DNA from: an uncultured Alphaproteobacteria bacterium
Lineage (GTDB): Bacteria; Pseudomonadota; Alphaproteobacteria; Rhizobiales; Xanthobacteraceae
Length of the DNA: 64,000 nt
Assembly: GCA_963795865.1 (NCBI GenBank)
Contig: CAWCJX010000057.1
Coordinates: forward strand, 105,490 to 169,489
Direction of reading: 5' to 3'
The notes under the pieces are model-generated. The model saw nothing but the letters and a program-made list of their open reading frames with translations, made no database searches and was not told where the DNA came from. Both the position numbers and the translations under genes were made by a program. Numbering within the stretch: position 1 is the stretch's first letter; each line of letters starts with the position of its first letter. Positions 37,397-49,679 of this stretch are shown here, piece after piece.

Positions 37397-39685
37397 CTAC
37401 CCCGCGGCCGCGTGCTCGTAGATGTCCTCTTCCTGCGCATTGTGCAGGCGCACCAGCGATTCGATCGCCTCGATCACGCGCTGGGCGTCGCGGACCAGGT
37501 AGCGGTCGGCGTCGGCGGGCGTCAGGTCGCTGGCGAGACGGTCCATGAGCCGCGCCAGGTGCAGGATCTCGCGGTGGGCGCGGCTCATGGCGCCGAGGCC
37601 GTGATGGTCGGGCAGGAAGCGGGCGAGGCTCGGATAGACGCTGGTCTCGTCGGCACGCTCATGGGCGACGATTTGCCGGGCGATGATGTCGTTGGCCTCC
37701 GCGATCAGCATCACCGCGCCGGCGGGCTGGGCGTCGTCGAGGCCGTCGGCGATTTCGCGGAGGCGGTCGAGGGCGGCGTCGAGGTGTTCGTGCTCCTGGC
37801 GCAGCGCCGTGGCGGTCGCCGACGGCATCGGCCGGTGCCCGAACGCGCGGGCCGGGGCGAGGGCGCGCAGCGCATTGAGGATCACGGCGACGTCGATCGC
37901 CTCCTGGGCGAGCGCGCCGGCCACCGGGGTCAGCCAGCCGAAAGCGGCGAGCCCCATGGCGACGCCCGACAAAGCGAGGCCGGCGGCAATGCTCTGCAGC
38001 GCGATGGCGCGGGTCCGCTTGGCGATGACGACGGCGTCGGCCACCCGGTCGAGGCGGTCCACCAGGATCACCACATCGGCGGCTTGCGAGGAGGCGCTGG
38101 CGCCGCGCGCGCCCATGGCGATGCCGACATCGGCGGCGGCCAGCGCGGGCGCATCATTGATGCCGTCTCCGACCATCAGCGTCGGGCTCAGGCGCTGCTC
38201 GGTCGCCACCGCGTCGACCTTGTCGGCCGGCGCCCGGTTGGCGAGCACCGCATCGAGATCGAGCGCGGCGCCGATGGTCTCGGCGGCGTCGGCGCGATCC
38301 CCGGTGACCATGACGATCCGCGACACGCCGGCCTGGCGAAGCGTCTCGACCGCGCGCGGCGTTTCCCGCCGCAATTCGTCGCCGAGCAGCAGCGCCCCCA
38401 CGAGGCGTCCGTCGACCGCCACGAACACGCTCAGTGCCGAGCGCCACGACGCCCGCCGCAGCACGTGCACCGCCCATTGTTCCGGCCGGCGCGCACCGTT
38501 GACCAGGTCGTGGGACCCGACGCGGACCTTGCGGTCCCCGACCCGGCCCTCCAGGCCCGACCCCATGGTTTCCCTCACGTCATGGGGCATCTTTATGGCG
38601 AGCCCTCGCGCGAGCGCGGCCTCGACGATGGCCGCGGCGACGACGTGGTGGGACGCCTGTTCCAGCGAGCCGGCGAGCCGCAGCACCTCGTCGGCGCTTT
38701 CCCCCGGCGCGGTCTCGACGGCGATGAGCCGGGCGCCGCCGACCGTGAGGGTGCCGGTCTTGTCGAACATCACGGTATGGGTGCGCGCCAGCGCTTCGAG
38801 GGCGCCGCCGCCCTTGATGAGGATGCCGCTGCGCGCCGCCTGCGAGACGCCGGCGATGAAGGCGACCGGCGCGGCCAGGATCAGCGGGCACGGCGTCGCC
38901 GCGACCAGCACCGCGAGCCCGCGGACGGCGTCGCCCGATAAGAGCCACGCCGCGCCGGCGACGGCGAGGGTCGCGGGCAGCAGCAGGAGCGCATAGCGGT
39001 CCGCGAGCCGGATGAACGGCGCCTTGGCGGTCTGCGCCGCCGTCACCATCCGCACGATGCCCGCATAGGTGCTCGCCCCGGCCGTCCTGGTGGCGCGGAT
39101 CTCGAACGTCTCGCCGGCATTGAGGGTGCCGCTCAGGGCAGGTTCGCCGCTCCGGCGCGACACCGGGATCGGCTCCCCGGTCAGCGCCGCCTCATCGATC
39201 ACGGCGGTCGCGCTGGTGATGACGCCATCGATGGGAATGATCTCGCCGGCGCGCACCAGGATGGCGTCGCCGACCGCCACCTCATCGACGGCGATATCCT
39301 CGATGCCGCGGTCGGTGCGCCGGTGTGCCACCCGCGGGGCACGATCGACCAGGGACTTGAGATCGCGCTCGGCCCGCGCCACCGCGAAATCCTCGAGCAC
39401 ATTGCCGCCGGCATACATGACCGCGACCACGACGCCCGCCAGGGTCTCTCCGAGCAGGAGCGCGGCCGACATCGAGACCAGCGCAATGGCGTCGACGCCG
39501 AGCCGGCCGGCCAAGAAATCGCGCGTCATCGAGACCAGGAGCCCGGCCGCGACCGGGATGGTGCCCAACGCCCAGATCCGGCCCGCTGCGGCCGCATGGC
39601 CGAGGCCCCATACGGCGAGGCCGATGGCGAGCGCGGCCAGGGCGACGACGATCAGGCCGCGGCGGAGGAGACGTTCGATGTTCAT
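37397..39685 (-). CDS. P1B-5-type heavy-metal P-type ATPase with C-terminal hemerythrin-like domain (Nia-like)
   Basis: ORF 37397..39709, start at MNIERLL (39685). TGEP, DKTGTLT, MVGDGINDAPAL, TM4 ATPCPLIL (TPCP) and TM6 AQEAIDVAVILNALR (QExxD). No N-terminal CxxC metal-binding domain. The ~150-aa C-terminal tail has repeated His/Glu helices (QEHEHLD, AHERADE, AHREILH, LHNAQEEDIYEH). Confidence 0.85.
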   Translation of the reverse strand: MNIERLLRRGLIVVALAALAIGLAVWGLGHAAAAGRIWALGTIPVAAGLLVSMTRDFLAGRLGVDAIALVSMSAALLLGETLAGVVVAVMYAGGNVLEDFAVARAERDLKSLVDRAPRVAHRRTDRGIEDIAVDEVAVGDAILVRAGEIIPIDGVITSATAVIDEAALTGEPIPVSRRSGEPALSGTLNAGETFEIRATRTAGASTYAGIVRMVTAAQTAKAPFIRLADRYALLLLPATLAVAGAAWLLSGDAVRGLAVLVAATPCPLILAAPVAFIAGVSQAARSGILIKGGGALEALARTHTVMFDKTGTLTVGGARLIAVETAPGESADEVLRLAGSLEQASHHVVAAAIVEAALARGLAIKMPHDVRETMGSGLEGRVGDRKVRVGSHDLVNGARRPEQWAVHVLRRASWRSALSVFVAVDGRLVGALLLGDELRRETPRAVETLRQAGVSRIVMVTGDRADAAETIGAALDLDAVLANRAPADKVDAVATEQRLSPTLMVGDGINDAPALAAADVGIAMGARGASASSQAADVVILVDRLDRVADAVVIAKRTRAIALQSIAAGLALSGVAMGLAAFGWLTPVAGALAQEAIDVAVILNALRALAPARAFGHRPMPSATATALRQEHEHLDAALDRLREIADGLDDAQPAGAVMLIAEANDIIARQIVAHERADETSVYPSLARFLPDHHGLGAMSRAHREILHLARLMDRLASDLTPADADRYLVRDAQRVIEAIESLVRLHNAQEEDIYEHAAAG

Positions 39686-39904
39686 CGCGAGGCAATAATG
39701 CTGGAGCAAAGTCGCGGCACAGTGGTGCCGTCGCGTTTCAATGATGCTTCGGCGTATCCATGGCCGCAGTGACGTAGAACAACTTTTCGCCCCGTGCTAT
39801 GGAAGCCGCCGGGCGATGATAGCCCCGTTTCGATGTATCATCCCCCGCAAACATCCCTGGCGCCGTCTCGTCGACCGCGAATTTCCCTGCTGCAGGAGGA
39901 CACC

Positions 39905-40645
39905 ATGTGCCACCGATGTGCCGACCCCACCGCCATCCATTCGATGTCGGTTCCGCGGCGTGGCTTCCTGGCGTTGGGCGGGGCGGCGATGGCCAGCCTT
40001 GCGCTCGCCCGCGACGGCTTCGCCGCGCCACCCAAGGCGCCGCCCAAGAAGGAAAACATCCTGTCTCCCGATGCGGCGCTCAAGCGCCTGATGATGGGCA
40101 ATGAGCGCTATGTCGAGGGGGTATCCAAGCGGCACGATTTCAAGCATGAGCGCGAAGCCCTGAGCAAGGGACAGAATCCGTTCGCGGGCATTCTCAGCTG
40201 CGCCGATTCGCGCGTGGCGCCGGAATATGCCTTCGATACCGCCCGCGGCGACCTGTTCGTGTGCCGGGTGGCCGGCAACTTCCTCAACACCGACGTCGTC
40301 GCGAGCTTCGAATATGCGGTGTCGGTGCTTCATACGCCCCTCCTGATGGTGCTCGGCCACGAATCCTGCGGCGCGGTCGACGCCGCGATCAAATCGATCC
40401 GGGACGGCACCACGCTGCCGGGCCATCTTCCCTCCCTGGTCGAGGCGATCGGCCCTGCGGTCAAGGATACCCAGGGCAAGCCCGGCGATGCGCTCGCCAA
40501 CGCGATCAAGCAGAATGTCCTTCTCAACGTCGAAAAGCTGAAGACCGCGACGCCGATCGTCGAGATGTTCGTCGCTGAGAAAAAAGTCCGGGTCGTCGGC
40601 GCGATCTACAATCTCGAGGATGGAAGCATCGAGCTGTTGGGCTGA
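39905..40645 (+). CDS. Beta-class carbonic anhydrase with Tat-type signal peptide
   Basis: ORF 39794..40645. ATG at 39905 follows AGGAGG. SVPRRGFLALGGAAMASLALA is a twin-Arg signal. CADSRVAPE and GHESCGAV are the beta-CA zinc ligand motifs. Confidence 0.85.
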   Translation: MCHRCADPTAIHSMSVPRRGFLALGGAAMASLALARDGFAAPPKAPPKKENILSPDAALKRLMMGNERYVEGVSKRHDFKHEREALSKGQNPFAGILSCADSRVAPEYAFDTARGDLFVCRVAGNFLNTDVVASFEYAVSVLHTPLLMVLGHESCGAVDAAIKSIRDGTTLPGHLPSLVEAIGPAVKDTQGKPGDALANAIKQNVLLNVEKLKTATPIVEMFVAEKKVRVVGAIYNLEDGSIELLG

Positions 40646-40732
40646 ACAGGGTTGGGCGCGCGGGTCGGGAAACCAACCTCTCTGCCGTGGGGCGCGCGAA
40701 GCGAGCGCTTCCGATACGACGGGTCCACCGGG

Positions 40733-41146
40733 ATGCCCTGGACATTGCATCCGCAGCTCGAAGGCGACACCAGCCCCGTCGGCGATCTGCCGCTGTCGCG
40801 GCTGCTGCTCGCCAACGACGCCAATTATCCCTGGCTGCTGCTGGTGCCGCGGTGCGCCGGCGTGAGCGAGATCATCGATCTCGCCGATGCCGAGCAGGTC
40901 GCGCTCGCCGCCGAAATTGCGCGCGTCTGCCGCGCCCTGAAGGCGGTGGCGCCGTGCGACAAGCTCAACGTCGCCGCCCTCGGCAATGTGGTGCCGCAGC
41001 TTCACGTCCATGTCATCGCCCGACGTCGCGACGATCCGGCCTGGCCCAAACCGGCGTGGGGCGTGGCGCCCGCGCGCGATTATGATCCGGCCGCGCGCCA
41101 GCGCCTGGTGGCCGGCTTGCGGAGGGAACTCTGGCCGGAGAAATGA
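40733..41146 (+). CDS. HIT (histidine triad) family protein
   Basis: ORF 40652..41146, start at MPWTLHPQ (40733). YPWLLLVPR...NVAALGNVVPQLHVHVIARRRDDPAWP carries the HxHxH-type triad. Confidence 0.8.
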   Translation: MPWTLHPQLEGDTSPVGDLPLSRLLLANDANYPWLLLVPRCAGVSEIIDLADAEQVALAAEIARVCRALKAVAPCDKLNVAALGNVVPQLHVHVIARRRDDPAWPKPAWGVAPARDYDPAARQRLVAGLRRELWPEK

Positions 41147-41163
41147 AAATCAGTTCGGAGCAG

Positions 41164-41243
41164 TAGCCTGCATGAGCGAAGCGAGATGCGGGATCACACG
41201 CGGTGAGATGCCCCGGATATCGCGCTTCGCTCATCCGGGCTAC
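41164..41243. repeat. REP-like inverted repeat (21-nt arms, 19/21 complementary, 38-nt spacer)
   Basis: GTAGCCTGCATGAGCGAAGCG (41164-41184) against CGCTTCGCTCATCCGGGCTAC (41223-41243). Lies between convergent genes. The ..GCTCATCCGGGCTAC motif is a common Bradyrhizobiaceae intergenic repeat (from memory). Confidence 0.6.
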
Positions 41244-41269
41244 GCCGCTACAAGATCGCCCCGCGCGGA

Positions 41270-42238
41270 TCAATTGATCTTCACGCCGGCGGCCTGGGCG
41301 ACCTTCGCCCATTTCTCGATTTCGGCCTTGATGAAGGTGCCGAATTCGTCGGAAGTCATCGACATCGGGGCGACGCCCTGCTTCGCCCAGCCGTCCTTGA
41401 TCTCCTGCGAATTGAGGATCTTGTTGATCTCGGTGTTCAGGAGGTCGACGATCGGTTTGGGCGTTGCGGCCGGCGCGACGATCCCGACCCATCCCGACGC
41501 GACGAAGCCGGGCACGCCGGCCTCCGAAATGGTCGGGATGTCGTGGAGAATCGGCGAGCGTGTTTCGCCGGAGGTGCCGAGCGCCCGCACCAGCCCGGCC
41601 TCGACCGTCGGATTCATGGTGGGGATGGTGTCGAACATCATCTGCACCTGGCCGCCGAGGATGTCGTTGCGCGCGCCGGTGCTGCCCTTGTAGGGCACAT
41701 GGACGATGTCGGTGCCGGTCATGGTCTTGAACAGCTCGCCGGCCAGATGATACTGCGAGCCGGTGCCGGACGAGGCATAATTGAGCGTGCCGGGCTTGGC
41801 TTTGGCGAGCGCAATGAACTCCTTGAGGGTCTTCACCGGCACCGACTTGTGCACTACCAGCATGAGGTCGCCCGAATAGATCGGCGCCACCGGCACGAAA
41901 TCGCGCAGCAGCTGGAACGGCTTGTTGGCGACGAGGGTCTCGTTGGTGGCGTGGGTCTGCGAGATGATCAGCAGCGTGTAACCGTCGGGCGGCGCCTTGG
42001 CCACGGCATCGGTTCCGATCATGGTGCTGGCGCCGGGTCGGTTCTCCACCACGAAGGATTGCTTGAGCGCTTCCGACAGCTTTTGTGCGACGATGCGGGA
42101 GAAGACGTCGGAAGGGCCGCCGGGGCCATAGGGCGCGATGACGTGGACGAGCCGCGTCGGGTAGCCCTGGGCCGAGGCGCCGGACCACGGTACAATTGCG
42201 AACAGGGCCAACGCGGCCGCACGCAGCATGGCGCTCAT
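41270..42238 (-). CDS. Bug-family (TctC-like) tripartite tricarboxylate transporter substrate-binding protein
   Basis: 322-aa ORF. Signal peptide MSAMLRAAALALFAIVPWSGASAQ. YPTRLVHVIAPYGPGGPSDVFSRIVAQKLSE...VENRPGAS...NYASSGTGSQYHLAGELF...VHVPYKG. Confidence 0.85.
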   Translation of the reverse strand: MSAMLRAAALALFAIVPWSGASAQGYPTRLVHVIAPYGPGGPSDVFSRIVAQKLSEALKQSFVVENRPGASTMIGTDAVAKAPPDGYTLLIISQTHATNETLVANKPFQLLRDFVPVAPIYSGDLMLVVHKSVPVKTLKEFIALAKAKPGTLNYASSGTGSQYHLAGELFKTMTGTDIVHVPYKGSTGARNDILGGQVQMMFDTIPTMNPTVEAGLVRALGTSGETRSPILHDIPTISEAGVPGFVASGWVGIVAPAATPKPIVDLLNTEINKILNSQEIKDGWAKQGVAPMSMTSDEFGTFIKAEIEKWAKVAQAAGVKIN

Positions 42239-42531
42239 GAACCGTTCCTCCCATTTTTTGCGCGCGATCCCGAAATGTTGCGGGCGTCCCGGACGAGATC
42301 GCGCTCTAAAACCAAAGACAAAAGCTCATGGTGCACCGGCCATGGCGCACATCGCGCACAGCCGTGTTGTCAGAATCATCATACCATGCTTGGCTTTTCG
42401 TGCGCCTCTTGCCTGCGCCGCGTGGGCCGCTCGAAACGGGCAGGGTCGGGGAACCGCGGCCGGTCCGGGCGGGGCGTCCATGCGCCTGCGCCCATGACCA
42501 TAGATCGTCCGGCCCTGCCGCGGAGACCTTG

Positions 42532-43233
42532 GTGGAGACCTCGCTTTATCCGCCCGTCAAGCGCTACCTCGAAAAACTCGGGTTCGCGGTCAAGGGCGAG
42601 ATCTGCGGCTGCGATGTCGTGGGCCTGCGCGGCGACGGCATCGTCGTGATCTGCGAGTTGAAGCTCAGCTTCAACCTCGAACTCGTCCTCCAGGGCGTCG
42701 ATCGCAGCGCCGCGTGCGAGGAGGTCTGGCTGGCGGTGCGAACCACGTTGCGACGCGCGAGCCGGGAACGGGATCCGCGGGTGCGCAAGCTCTGCCGCCT
42801 GCTCGGTTTCGGCCTGCTCGGGGTCTCCGCCTCCGGCCATGTGGAGCCGGTGGTGGAACCCGTCCCCTGGCGCCCGCGCCGCAACCTGAAGCAGCGCAGC
42901 AAGCTGGTCAGCGAGCACCAGCGCCGCCACGGTGATCCCGTTGCCGGCGGCAGCACGAAAGCGCCGATCATGACGGCGTATCGCCAGCAGGCGCTCGCCT
43001 GTGCCGCCATGCTCGGGGATGGTCCGCGACCGACCAGGGACTTCAAGCCCGCCATTCCCGATGCGCCCAAGATCTTGCTGCACAACGTCTATGGCTGGTT
43101 CCTGCGGACCCGGCGCGGCGTCTATGACCTGACCGATGCGGGACGGGCGGCGCTGGCGCGATGGCCGCAGCCGGCGGCGACGCAAGGTCACGCCGCGGCG
43201 CAATCCGGTCCGGCGCCGGGCACCGGCGCGTGA
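42532..43233 (+). CDS. DUF2161 family putative PD-(D/E)xK nuclease-fold protein
   Basis: ORF 42328..43233. GTG at 42532 is preceded by GGAGA. VETSLYPPVKRYLEKLGFAVKGEICGCDVVGLRGDGIVVICELKLSFNLELVLQGVDR. Family from memory. Confidence 0.65.
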   Translation: METSLYPPVKRYLEKLGFAVKGEICGCDVVGLRGDGIVVICELKLSFNLELVLQGVDRSAACEEVWLAVRTTLRRASRERDPRVRKLCRLLGFGLLGVSASGHVEPVVEPVPWRPRRNLKQRSKLVSEHQRRHGDPVAGGSTKAPIMTAYRQQALACAAMLGDGPRPTRDFKPAIPDAPKILLHNVYGWFLRTRRGVYDLTDAGRAALARWPQPAATQGHAAAQSGPAPGTGA

Positions 43234-43548
43234 TCGCCGGGGCGTCGGTCGTGGCGACGATGTGCGAGCCTGCTGGTGCGATCCGTAACGCCAAAAAGGG
43301 CCGGATGCGATGTCCGGGTACAGGCGGTTGATGTATGGTGGACACAAAATGGCCGACGAAAAAGCGCTGCACGCCGGCCCTCGGTGGTCGGCGCATGCCG
43401 ACTTGATTGCGTGGCGTTCTCGATCTGAAAATCGACGTTCGCTCGTATCTCCGGTGCTATCGGCACCAGCTCCTTTTGCACTGGGCCCCTGTGGTAACGC
43501 GCCGGGGCTTCAATGGTCACAAAGCAGGTCCACGGGGAGGAAATCAAG

Positions 43549-44883
43549 ATGGGCTACGTCTCCGCGGACGGCATCGCGCCCGTTGCATCATCCATAAGGA
43601 CCCGCACGCCGCTCAACCGGCAGCAGATCATCGGTTTCTGGGCTGCTTGGTTTGGCTGGATGCTGGACGGCATGGATTCCGTCATCTACGCACTCGTCCT
43701 TGGGCCCGCGCTGACAGAGCTGCTGCCGCGTTCGGGCATGGAGGCTACCCCCGCAAACATCGGCTACGTCGGCTCCCTCATGTTCGGCCTATTCCTGGTG
43801 GGGTGGGGCCTCTCGTTCATCTGGGGGCCGATCTCAGACAGGTTCGGTCGCACCAAATCACTTGCTGCAACGATACTGGTCTACGCGCTATTCACGGGCG
43901 CTGCCGCCTTCTCGACCAATGTCTGGATGTTGGCGGTCTTCCGCTTCCTCGCGGGCATTGGCGTGGGCGGAGAGTGGGCCATGGCCGGCACCTACGTCGC
44001 CGAGGCCTGGCCCGAGGATCGACGCAAGATGGGGGCAGGCTATCTGCAGACCGGCTACTACTTCGGTTTCTTCGTTGCAGCAGTCCTGAACTACACGGTC
44101 GGCGCCTCGTTCGGCTGGCGCGCCATGTTCCTTTGCGGGTTATTTCCCGTCGTGGTGTCCGTTGTAACCCTGCTGGGGGTCAAAGAACCGGAGCGCTGGG
44201 AGCAGAAGCACCGGGAGGCGCAGGCTGCGCCTGCGAAGAAGCGCAATCCATTTGCGGTGATCTTCAGCACGCGCTACCTCGGGCGCACGATCACGATGTC
44301 GGCACTTCTGACGATCGCGATCGTCGGCCTGTGGGCGGGTGCGGTCTATGAGCCGACCGCGATCGTCTTCCTCTCCCGCCAAGCCGGTATGGAACTGGCG
44401 GACGCGGCGAAGATGGCGTCCTATGGCACCGCTCTGCTCTCAATCGGAACTATACTGGGCTGCATCGCCGCCCCCTGGCTCGCCGAGCGGCTCGGCCGGC
44501 GCCCGACACTCGCGCTCTACTTTTTGGGCATGATGGTTACGATCGCCTTGGCCTTCGGCTGGGCATTCTATCTGCCGACTGGCACGGCATTGCCGGTATT
44601 CATGGCGATACTGTTCTTCCTCGGGATGTTCGGCGGCAATTTCGCGATATTCAGCCTGTGGCTGCCGGAGTTGTTCGGCACCGAGGCGCGCGCGACTGCG
44701 TTCGCATTCTGCACGTCAATAGGCCGCTTCATCGGCGCCGGGGTGAATTTCGGCCTAGCTGGCGCTGTGGCCGCCATGGGCACTCTCGGCACGCCAATCG
44801 CCCTCACCGCGATCGCATTCGCCGTCGGCCTGCTGATCATCCCGTTCGCGACTGAGACCGGTGGAAAATCCTTGCCCGAGTGA
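43549..44883 (+). CDS. MFS transporter
   Basis: ORF 43513..44883. ATG at 43549 follows GGGGAGGAA. 12-TM pattern. GPISDRFGRTKSL (motif A-like), FRFLAGIGVGGEW. Confidence 0.85.
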   Translation: MGYVSADGIAPVASSIRTRTPLNRQQIIGFWAAWFGWMLDGMDSVIYALVLGPALTELLPRSGMEATPANIGYVGSLMFGLFLVGWGLSFIWGPISDRFGRTKSLAATILVYALFTGAAAFSTNVWMLAVFRFLAGIGVGGEWAMAGTYVAEAWPEDRRKMGAGYLQTGYYFGFFVAAVLNYTVGASFGWRAMFLCGLFPVVVSVVTLLGVKEPERWEQKHREAQAAPAKKRNPFAVIFSTRYLGRTITMSALLTIAIVGLWAGAVYEPTAIVFLSRQAGMELADAAKMASYGTALLSIGTILGCIAAPWLAERLGRRPTLALYFLGMMVTIALAFGWAFYLPTGTALPVFMAILFFLGMFGGNFAIFSLWLPELFGTEARATAFAFCTSIGRFIGAGVNFGLAGAVAAMGTLGTPIALTAIAFAVGLLIIPFATETGGKSLPE

Positions 44884-45193
44884 GCCGAAGCCCGGCATGG
44901 CAGGTTCCGGTCCAATTCCCGTGGCCGCGCTTCGCGGCCGGCGGCGGCAGGTGCTCCCCCAGAAACGGGCCGCCGTGGCGAGCGGGCGATGGCTTCGGTC
45001 TCGGGCCAATTGCCGGCGCCAGGGCGGCCTTTCAAGTTGTTTTGAAACGCCGCCCTGATCTCCTGTCCATGGCCCGACCGGTGTTCGGGTTCTTCACCCA
45101 CTTCCGTAAGCTTTGCGCGGCGGCGATCCGGTTCTGATGATCGATTTGCGGCAGCGCTACGGAAGCCTCCGGAGGAGAACCTTTCCGCCGAGA

Positions 45194-47444
<2,251 letters not shown>

Positions 47445-47488
47445 TCAGGTAAAGTTGACTTTAGTGATCGCTGCGTTAAGTTTTTCTG

Positions 47489-48428
47489 ATGACCCATGTC
47501 ACCCTCCGGCAGCTTCGCTATTTCAACGCGCTGGCACGTCACGGCCACTTCGGGCGCGCGGCAGAAGCATGTGCGATCTCGCAGCCGGCCATGTCGATGC
47601 AGATCAAGGAACTGGAGGAAGCCCTGGGCGGCGTGCTCCTCGAGAGAAGCGCCCGGCAAGTCGCGCTGACCAACGTCGGAGAGGAGGCGGCCCAACGCGT
47701 CCGCGACATCCTGCGCCCGGTCGATGAGCTGGGAGACCTCGCGCGGGCGTCGCGCGACCGCCTCGTGGGCCGGCTGCGCATCGGCATGATCCCGACGATT
47801 GCGCCCTATCTGCTGCCCGAAGATCATCGGAAACCTCACTCGAATGCATCCCGAGCTCGACATTCACGTACGCGAGACGCTGACGCCGAAGCTGATACTG
47901 GAGCTCGCGGACGGACGGCTCGACACGGCAATTGTCGCTCTGCCGGTGTCCGAACCTTCGCTCGCCGAGGTCGCGCTGTTTTCCGAATATTTCCTGCTGG
48001 TCCGGCCGGGCGAGGATGAGGGAACGCCGGTGCCCAGCAGCAAAGCGCTGCGCGCAATGCGGCTGCTCCTGTTGGAGGAGGGGCACTGTTTTCGCGATCA
48101 GGCCCTGTCGTTCTGCAAGATGCAATCGTCGCCGCCACGCGAGGTGCTTGACGCGAGCTCGCTGTCGACGCTCGTGCAGATGGTCGGCGCCGGCATCGGC
48201 GTCACTTTGATCCCGGAAATGGCCGTGGCGGTGGAGACGCGCTCGGCGTCGGTCTCCGTCGCCCGCTTCAAGAATCCGCAACCGTCGCGAACCATCGGCA
48301 TGATCTGGCGCAAGACCAGTCCGCTGGCGAGGCAGCTCCTGCAATTCTCCGAAGTGGTTTGCCTCTCGGCCGACGCGTTGCGCAAGCAGCACGATTCGGG
48401 ATCGTCATCCGGCAGTCCCCGGACTTGA
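47489..48428 (+). pseudogene. oxyR: LysR-family hydrogen-peroxide regulator OxyR, frame broken once
   Basis: ORF 47489..48019 reads MTHVTLRQLRYFNALARHGHFGRAAEACAISQPAMSMQIKELEEALG...IGMIPTIAPYLLP. ORF 47799..48428 then continues KIIGNLTRMHPELDIHVRE...LLLLEEGHCFRDQALSFC... with the redox Cys pair context. Extra base in CCCG at 47816-47819. Divergent from katG. Confidence 0.85.
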
Positions 48429-48811
48429 ACGCGCTCCGGCGGAGGATATTCGTGGACGAGCCGCGCGCCGCGACAGCAGGAAGCTTCGAAACGGCCTCGG
48501 CATTGAATCCCCGAGGGCAGCCATGGGTCGATTTTCCCTCGCCATGCTTCGCGGCGGCTCCGAGAGTTTGCCTTAGTTTCGCCTTCCAAGCGTCAGTTGA
48601 TCGTCAGGTAAAGCGCCTATCAAACCCCTGGGGTCGATGGGAAAGGGTGAGGCGAGCGGCTTTATCGTCGTCACGCGGCGGTACCTTGCATTGTTCCCAA
48701 GGCTTTTGCTGACCTTTCCCGAATTCCGGAGAGGTTGCCTGTCGGTGCGGCGGCGTCGGCGGCTGGCGTTGACGGTGCACCTTCACTGAGGCTCCTTGCT
48801 AGGAAACCAAA

Positions 48812-49654
48812 TTGCATCAACGCTCCAGGCGCCTCGCCTCGCCCCAGGTAAGACTGCCGCTTTTAACCTTGCTCGTGTGGGTCACGGTTTACACTGCAAA
48901 AGCGGCCGATGTGAACCTGCCACCGGCATCCTCGGGTGACGGCGATTGGATCGTCACCGTTGGTGCCGATTTTCGCGCGGTTACTGAATATATGGGATCG
49001 GATGATTTCGCGATCGTACCGGTGCCGTACTTCGACATGCGTCGTCCGGGCTCACCGGAGGGTTTCCACTCCCCCCGTGACGGGTTCGGGGTCGCCGCGT
49101 TTGACAATGGGGTATTCGCGGTCGGACCGGTTGGGGCACTGAGCTGGCCGCGCAAGCAGGGGTACAGCTCGTCACTCAATGTCGGATTCGTTTATCAAGT
49201 TGGCGCTTTCGTCGATTATTGGGCGTTGCCCTGGCTCCGAACGCGCGCCGAAGGTTTGCAGGGCTTCGGCGCCGCAAACGGCGTAACGGCAAACTTCGCC
49301 GTGGACGCCGTGGTTCCGCTTTCTCCCGCCCTGACATGGTCAGGGGGCCCGCGCGCCCGCGTGGTTACAAGCGCAGCGGAAATCCCCTACTTTAGCATCA
49401 CCCCAGCACAATCAATCGCGTCCGGGCTGCCGGTGTTCACCGCAGGAGGTGGCTGGCAGACGCTTGGCGCGGGTACGCAGCTCAAGTATCGTGTGAATCC
49501 AGCTTGGGCGTCCTACGGCTTCGTCGAATATGACAAGCTGGTCGGTGCGACCGCATCATCACCGATCGTGACGGTGGCAGGCGGCAGCGTAAATCAATGG
49601 ACCTTGGGGGTTGGCCTCACATATTCGTTCGCCATGAGCGGCCTGCCGTTCTGA
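48812..49654 (+). CDS. mipA: MipA/OmpV family outer-membrane protein
   Basis: 280-aa ORF with TTG start. Signal-like N-terminus ...LLTLLVWVTVYTAKA. GDWIVTVGADFRAVTEYMGSDDF...VPYFDMRR...YGFVEYDKLVG...WTLGVGLTYSF. Confidence 0.75.
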   Translation: MHQRSRRLASPQVRLPLLTLLVWVTVYTAKAADVNLPPASSGDGDWIVTVGADFRAVTEYMGSDDFAIVPVPYFDMRRPGSPEGFHSPRDGFGVAAFDNGVFAVGPVGALSWPRKQGYSSSLNVGFVYQVGAFVDYWALPWLRTRAEGLQGFGAANGVTANFAVDAVVPLSPALTWSGGPRARVVTSAAEIPYFSITPAQSIASGLPVFTAGGGWQTLGAGTQLKYRVNPAWASYGFVEYDKLVGATASSPIVTVAGGSVNQWTLGVGLTYSFAMSGLPF

Positions 49655-49679
49655 CTCGCACATCGACGCAACTTCCAAA

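Noticed and set aside
36185-38941. 918-aa plus-strand ORF, the longest in the track, and similar long ORFs (5074..6477 -, 9110..10660 +, 39797..41011 -, 54859..56424 -, 45113..46309 +, 41543..42649 +)
   Set aside because: All are antisense or out-of-frame shadows of confidently identified genes (ATPase, kinase, OMP/DUF2165, carbonic anhydrase/HIT, FMN reductase/AKR, katG, TctC). They have the Arg/Gly/Ala/Pro-dominated composition expected from stop-poor high-GC DNA.
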